Of a stretch of 64,000 nt of DNA, positions 56,031-64,000 are shown piece by piece. The position numbers and the translations under genes were made by a program. The stretch's first letter is position 1, and every line of letters starts with the position of its first letter. This DNA comes from the human T2T-CHM13v2.0 reference genome, Homo sapiens. Where the stretch lies: NCBI RefSeq assembly GCF_009914755.1, contig NC_060931.1. The stretch is one strand, 5' to 3'. A model generated the notes under the pieces. That model worked only from the letters and a program-made list of their open reading frames with translations. It was not told the DNA's origin and searched no databases.

Positions 56031-58479
56031 CTGTGGGAGAAAGCCCTTTCTTCCAGGTCTGCTTCAGAGAAGCTGAGCGTTCTTGGAACTAGCCTTAGAC
56101 CCAACACCCCACAGAACTCTGGAAGGAGGGAGCAAATCTGGCTTTCTCCCATCCTTGGAGCAACACAAGGGATGATTGATGGGTGGACCTCAGTGTGTAT
56201 CAGAGGTTTTCGTCAGGGAAGGGTAACTCTGTAACACACATCCCTAAAACTGCTGTGGCTTCTTTGCTGTCTGGGACTACATTTTGAGAACCACGGATGT
56301 AGTTCAACCTTCTCAATTTACGGACAGGAACATGGAGGCTCAGGCGAGGCAGGACGGCATGACCAGGGAGCTGCTGATGCAGGAAGACAGCCCAGGTGCC
56401 CAGACTTTGAGCAATTTTACATTCTCTCCTGCACTACCAGTTACCTAGTTTCTGCTCATAAGTGCACAGCCAAACATTTCTCAATAGTCACAGGATTGCC
56501 AAAGCATTTTTTAAAATATTTTTCTCTTTGCTGATTGGGGAGATGGGTTTCTTCCATCAGTGATTCCCTGCTCTCTTCTTCCTAAATGTAGAAAATTCCC
56601 ACACAGCCTTGCTTTTGCTCTTGGTGAGATTAAGCTTTATGTTTTTAAACCTATGTTCGGTTTTATTAATGGAAACTTCCCAAACAATCTATACAACAAT
56701 ACAAAAACTTTTTATATTTTCTTGGCTTACGGCTTCTACAGGTAGTGGTTCTTACTGTTAGCTTAATGTGTTTAGAACAAACTATAACCAATATATTTTG
56801 TGAGCAGAGAAGGATTTTATTTCCCTCTGAGCATTCTAGTCATGTTTTCTGCTTTCCGTTTCATGTACTTATCTTCCCACTTCTACACAGTCGTATTTTC
56901 TCTAATAATTTAGACCATTTGTTTTTCCTAACGACATAGTTCTCTTTTGGGCACTTAATGCTGCAGCACCTCTGGCACGGGTGTGGCAGATACTCCTGGA
57001 ATGTTCAGCTGCTTTTCGAATCATCTGCCAAAAGGACCCCCTGGGCTCTTTACAATGAAGAAACCTTCATGGATGTGAACCCAGGGCTGCTTACAGACAC
57101 CCACTTAAGATGGGTGTGACATGACCAGAAATGGCATTTTCTTCTCCCTATAGTTAAAATGATATATCTGACCCTTATTGTGAATTCAAGAGGGTAGATG
57201 TTCTAAGGTTCAGCGGCAGACCAACAACAAATGGCTTCATTTCTACTGGTCCCCTAAAAATATATATCGTATGGCCCAAATGTAGTATTTTTTGTGGGAT
57301 GGCTAGCATATCTCTGGCTAGCTTCCTTCTACAACAGCTGTTCAGTGGATACATTTTATGAGGCAAGCAAGCCATTATACATAATAATAAAATTCAGTAA
57401 CAGCTTAACAAGGCTCTCCATTTGCCCATGGACTGATAAAACAAAGATATTATGCATAACATTTGTTACAAGCATATTTTAATAACCAATGTGGTTATTG
57501 GGATGGAAGGAAGAGGAGGCATATGCTTTGTTCCTTATAAGTAATTAATTGAATTAGCTGGACTTAAGAAAAGTTTCTTGGGTTTCAGTGGTACAAATAG
57601 AATCTGTAGAAAAGACACAATATTCTGGAGTAAAATACATCAGAATGCTCCAGTACTTAGTCCCCAAATAAATAAAAGACTTCCAGCTATGCTGGGCAGA
57701 CTCTCAGGAATCTGAGATCTCATAATAAACTAGTACAGCCCTTCTAATTAATTTTTAACATTATCCTTTATAAAATCACAGCTCAGTCTTAACACGTGCA
57801 CCCAGCCATGGGGGTTCTTCATCATCTGTCTATCTAGTTTTTTGTAATAGAGAACATTCTGTATTTTTAAAGATGATGCCTTTGGTTTTATTATTCAAAG
57901 TTCAATTATTAATTTTTGGTCAGTCAGCAGTTTAGCGTTCCCTTTATATAAAATAAATGAAATTATTTTATAACTTGATGACTACCAATTGTTATTGTTT
58001 CCTGGGCTGCAAAGCTGTTAAAGCTAGCTCTTTAATGTTGCATGAGGATGTGAACATTGAGGTGTTTTCATAACAACAGCCTGCAGGGGAAACGCTCTGT
58101 GGGCACTCTGCCATATGAACTCAAGCACACCACTCATACATGGGCTTCCTATTTTCCTTCTCCCACCTTCTTTCTCTGCCTTCAAAGCCCATTTCAGAAG
58201 GTTCCTGAGCTCCATCTCCTGTCTTAGGTGTGCTGTGGACATTCAGAGCATAGCCAGCTTTCTGACATCCCACAATCCCATAATTATTCTTTTTTCTATT
58301 CCAACTGTGTGTCTTTCCCATCTGCTCAGTTGGTCTGTGATTTATCCAGGATTGAGCTGCTATCAGTTCTTTTGTGAAGCATCCATGACACCCCTCCTCT
58401 TTCCCCCACTGAGCTAACCAGTTCCCCAGTATGTCCACGGCTCACTTAGCATACCCCTACACTGGCTTGTACCCATTGT

Positions 58480-59270
58480 CTCTTGTCTGTCTACTTATCT
58501 GTCTCTCCGATACTCTAGAAGCTTGCAGGGAGAGACCACACCACCATACCTGACACACAGTCGATGCTGTGTTTGATGAATGAATGAGTGGTGAACCATA
58601 CCGTGCTTCTGTGTGCAGTTACCCCCAGCTGCACTCCCTCCCTCTGATTGCCCTATTGCTCCCAGCTACCTCCTGTTCTCCTCTGCCTCCAGTCTGACCC
58701 ATCTCCACCCAGTCCAACTCAGTCTCCAAGGTGATTATTCTAAAGTTCACATCTGATCATGTCCCTCCATCATTGCCTATGAACAAAGAGGACAAGTCCA
58801 TAAAATAATATACAAGGTCCTCCCTCTACAAGCACGTGCCTTACCCCATAATCTGCTGCTTTCCTCCTTCTACTTCATGTTCCCCAAAATATCAGAAGTG
58901 CCAAACTAGCAGCTCTCTATACACAAAATCCTATTTCTCAACACCACACCTTTGATGATGCTATTCCCAGTGGGTGAGAAGCCTGTTCCTCTCACCTTCT
59001 CACTGCCCTCACAATCAACTCTGAGCCATCCTTTACGACTCAGTTCCAAAGCTGTCCTCCCCAAGAAATCTCCCACACTCCCCACAGCCTGATGAGGATC
59101 CCTTGTCTGGACTCCCTCTGCCCTTCTCTTAAAGCATTGGCTACGTAGGGTAGACTATATGGGCAGTGCCTCAAGGCATGAGGCTCTTGTCTTGTCCATC
59201 TCTGTGTCCCTGGGGGCTGGCACAGAGCCTGCACCCTGGTTTATTAGAAAATATCTGATAAACAACACTG
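58480..59270 (+). mobile_element. L2 fragments
   Basis: cctgacacacagtcgatgct...gatgaatgaatgagtg 3' end; a second fragment includes catctgatcatgtccct...tgtgtccctgggggctggcacagagcctg. Confidence 0.55.
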
Positions 59271-60924
59271 TGTTGAAGCTCCAGAAAGAACCTGTGTCTC
59301 AGCTTTCTTGGAGCCCCTCATCCTTCCTGGTCTTTTTTCTGCACTCAATAGCACCTATTGTCCCTTGTAAGAACTCAGCAAGTATTGGGAACTAAAGTAA
59401 ATTAGGCACAGGTGGGTAAAGAGTGTATTGTGCTTTTCTGTAGCTAGAAACTAGAGTAACACCCACTGCTATACTGTGGCAAAATTTATTTCCAAAAAAA
59501 CTTTCATCACAAGAGTGCCCCCAATCACTTGTTTAAACTGGATGATAGAATATAAAAAAACAAAACCAGAAAGAGTAATTTTGAAATATCAACAAATTCA
59601 CCTAACTAATGTGCCATGACAATAGGCAATTGGTAAGAGTAGCACTATTGTATGTAAGTAAGAAAATAGCATGAAACTCAATAAAAACATAGATTTTTCA
59701 GGTTATTAAATGGAAGACTAGACAGAAAAGGAAATGAGATGTGTAGGCTTGTAGTAATACAGTATTTGTCTACATATAACTTGGATAAAATCTGATTTAG
59801 AGTTGGTGTGTCTCCATAATGCTGACCTCTCTACTTCAAAATCAAATCAATGTATTGGGTTAAGTTAAAAGCTAGTTTTTCCCTTCAACTCTGGGCTTGA
59901 CTATTTTGTCAGTAAATTTAAAAATAAAAAGAAATGCATCCATTTGGAGAGCTTTCTAAGAGTTTGCCACCAGATCATTGTGTGTCAGCCAGACTCATTT
60001 ATTTCCTTCCCCTCCCTCAAGTGCTCCCAAGCTCCCTAGGTGCAGAGCTCATTGATAACTCTGCACAACTTGGACCTGGGCCCCATGTAGGATATAGCTC
60101 TCTCTCCAGCGTACTTCTAGAATAACTCTTCAGCGTGTCCACAAGTGCTCATGGAGAGTCCCCTCTGTCCACCTGCAATGAAGTCCAGGCTTCGTGAAGC
60201 CATCTGAGTAGAGCCTCACTTTTCACTCTGCATCCAATGACCTCCAGGAGCCACAGACCATCTCAGTGCCCAGGTGGCCTGATAACCCCCAGAAATCCCA
60301 CCTCCTTAACTGATGTTACTCTCCAGCGCCTGGCCTCAAAGCAGCAGCACTTGTGCCTAGGGGCACATAGAATCCATCCTTATCTGGGGAAGGCAGCCTC
60401 TTCAGCTTAGGCCCATGCTGCTGTCTGTGGGGCTTTGGCCTAGTTCATGAGGCAGGGGTGGGGAGATGTAGCCTCCATAGCCGGACTCTGTCTCCACCAC
60501 CATAACCAATCATTAAAAAAAAAAAAAGACTTGTTCACTGCCACTTTATCCTTCAGCTCCCAAATAACCTCAAACCAAGAGATTAAGCCCTCAGCCCAGC
60601 CCAGCCCCACCCAATTCCAGGCATAGAATTTCTAGGGACATCTGGGATGCAATTTCTTGGTCCAAAATGTCCAGAGAAGAGCTAGGTCTTCACCTTTGGC
60701 TGCTGAGTTTTTATGTCCTGGAATATTCCCAACTAGTATGAAAGACTGCTCGGTGCCAATTTTGACCTTTCAGGACTCTGCCTGTGCAACTAAGAGGAGG
60801 GCTGCATTTGTTGGTGCTAACTCACATGACAGATTGGAGCACAGGCGTTACACAGGAGCTCTCAGGACTGAGTCACCAGATGTGTGAGGCTCTGGCCAGT
60901 TGGTCCAATGTGGTGTGAGAGATT

Positions 60925-61377
<453 letters not shown>

Positions 61378-61383
61378 AAGTAG

Positions 61384-61689
<306 letters not shown>

Positions 61690-61969
61690 TAAAATTTCTA
61701 CTCTTTTCTGTAAATATTAAAGAGTGAAGCTCCCACTATGTTCTCAGTCAGGTAGAGAGATTTTCAACTCACTCCTTCACTCGATAAACATTTATTGAGG
61801 GCCTACTGGATGCCTGGCACTGTTGAAAGAGTCAAAGATACAGCAGTGAACCAAAATGCACTTTTAGAGAGCGGGAGAAAGAGGATAAACAAGTAAGTGA
61901 ATAATATAATATCAGACTCTAACAAGTTGTGAAATAAACAAGACTAGATGGAGAATTGAAGGGTTTCTT

Positions 61970-62190
61970 AAAAACTTTTATGATGGAAAATTGTGAGCAT
62001 ATATAAAAGTAAAAAAAAAAAAAAAAGTCTAATGAGCCATATAGATCCACTATCCAGTTCCTACAATGATCAAATCAAGACCTGTCTTCCATATCCCCAC
62101 CCACCCTCCCACTTTGGACTATTTTGCACCAGATTCTAGACATCATATCATTTGCTTATAAATCTTTTGGCATGAATCTCTAAAAGAAAG
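61970..62190 (-). mobile_element. Old L1 (L1MC/ME) 3' fragment within an L2 fragment (~61770-62360)
   Basis: ttggactattttgcaccagattctagacatcatatcatt...atctctaaaaga. The flanks contain the antisense L2 end cactcgataaacatttattgagggcctac. Confidence 0.55.
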
Positions 62191-62409
62191 GGAATGCTAT
62201 GTAGATAAGGTAGTCAAGGAAGGTGGCTCTAAGGAGGTGATCTGGGAGAATGGGAAAAAGAGTTCCACTGGTGGAAACAGCAAAGCAAACAGCTGAGGTA
62301 GTTGAGGATCTGCAAAAAGGCCAGTCGGACTATCCCAGAGGGAATGAGGAGGAGAGAGGACTCAATCCTAAAACAGCAATATGACCAGAAGTTCCTAGAA
62401 GGAATACAA

Positions 62410-62650
62410 TTATTACAGCAAAACTTATATGGGGCTTATTATATGGCAGGAGCTCTTCTAGTATTTTGCCTATATTATCTCATATATTCTTCACAACAAC
62501 CCTACAATGTCATTACAACTATTATAATCCCATTTTACTACAACTAAAGAAACAGACACAGAGATGTGCAGCTAACTACGGGCAGCCTCAGAATTTGAAC
62601 TGAGGCAATCTAGTTCCATATTTCAAGTTCTTAATCGTTTCACTGTGCTG
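62410..62650 (-). mobile_element. MIR
   Basis: ttcttcacaacaaccctac...atcccattttactac...agaaacagacacagaga...atttgaactgaggcaatct. Confidence 0.7.
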
Positions 62651-62961
62651 CTTCCACTTTCAAGGTAGAATGGTGCATTAATTGCAAGACACATTTCTGA
62701 GCAACTCTGTGCTGCCTCTTCCAGATCTCTCTAAACCACCACCCCTTCTCCCACTGACCCCTAACCCCAGATTGCCGCCCCCTCCAGGTCTGGATACTGC
62801 TTCCTGGCCAGCTTATTTTTTCCTACTTCCCTTCTCTTCCCACCCAAATTTTTTTCCCTGTTAGCTATACTCCCTATGAGGGTGGAGAACATGTCAGTCT
62901 GTCATTCGCACTGTATCCCCTCACACAATGCCCAAAACATAGTGGGTACTGAATAAATGCT

Positions 62962-63952
62962 CGGTCCCACAAGACTGACCCCCACTTCAGCTGCCTGTTG
63001 CAAGTAGGGGGTCCCCAGATTACCCACACTTCTGTCCGACTTGGCTACAAATTGGAGATTCCCACCATTCCCTCCTCATGCACAATAATTTGCTGTAATG
63101 GGTCACAGAATAGAGGGAAACATGATTATCAGTTTATTATAAAGGATACAAATGAGTGATCAAATGAAGAGACACATAAAGCAAGGTCTGGGTTGGGCCC
63201 AGTGGCTCACACGTATAATCCCAGTGCTTTGGAAGGCTGAGGCAGGAGGATCACTGGAGCCCAGGAGTTTGAGACCAGACTGGGCAATGCAGCAAGACCC
63301 TATGGCTACAAAATCAGAAAAAGGCAGGAGAGGTGGCATGAACCTATAGTCCCACATACTTGGGAGGCTGAGGTGGGAGGATGGCTTCAGCCCCAGAGTT
63401 CGAGGCCACAGTGAATTAGGATTGGACCACAGGACTCCAGCCTGGGCAACAAAGGGAGACCCTGTCTCAAGAATGTAACAAAAAAAAAAAAAAAGAAAGA
63501 AAAAGAAAAGAAAGGTCTCAAGGGGTCCAGAGTGCAGGAGCTTCTGTCGCCAGGGAGTTTGGGGTGTACCACCCTCCCAGCCCATGGATACATTCACCAA
63601 AGAGAAACTCTCCAAATCTGTTGTATAGGGTTCCATTATGAAGACATGATTGCTGAAATCATTGGCCACTGGTGATTAGCTCAGTCCCCAGCCTCTCTTC
63701 CCTCTCCTTCGTTCGGGAGTGGGGCTGCAAGTTCTATCCCCATAGTCACAGGGTTTGGCTACTCTACCAGCCAGGTCGAATTCTCCTAGAGCCACCTCAT
63801 TAGCATAAACTTGGGTGTGGTTGAAAGAGGGCTTCTTAAGAATAACAAAAGATGTTTTTCCTACCCCTATTACTCAGAAATTCCAAGGGTTTAGGAGTTC
63901 TGTGTCAGGAACCAAGGATGAAGACAAAATATATATTTCTTATTATGTCACA
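62962..63952 (-). mobile_element. MER21-family LTR interrupted by AluJ
   Basis: gtcccacaagactgacccccacttcag...cagaaattccaagggtttaggagttctgtgtcaggaacc...atatatatttcttattatgtcaca. Confidence 0.75.
63190..63511 (+). mobile_element. AluJ
   Basis: Sense Alu with A-rich tail; short TSD aaggtct on both sides. Confidence 0.88.
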
Positions 63953-64000
63953 AAATGATATGTTCCACCCAGATCCCCTGGAATCCCTCTTTTTCCATGA

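Overview
Primate (very probably human) genomic DNA that is almost all intronic. The only coding sequence I can support is one 374-bp internal exon on the + strand (3319-3692; AG acceptor, GT donor, phase 1 to 0). It encodes a Gln/Pro-rich segment with a pure (CAG)10 tract, which I recognise from memory as part of POU6F2 (RPF-1, a class VI POU-homeodomain factor). The remaining ~60 kb is intron, with no further recognisable POU6F2 exon. It is filled with mammalian and primate repeats: about 14 Alu pieces, L1s including a cleanly twin-primed L1PB-like copy, a long L2, MIRs, Tigger1, MER5/MER58/MER96/MER113-type DNA transposons, and MER41A, MLT2, LTR16 and MER21 LTRs. Several of these are nested. 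Repeat-free islands rich in homeodomain, SOX and E-box motifs, plus two CTCF-like sites, are candidate regulatory elements. I found no evidence of a new multi-gene system. The most unusual unexplained items are a ~165-bp diverged direct duplication 2.6 kb apart, two short near-perfect inverted repeats and candidate poison exons. Repeat subfamily names come from recalled consensus sequences and their boundaries are approximate. Nearly all ORFs in the supplied track are spurious or repeat-derived.
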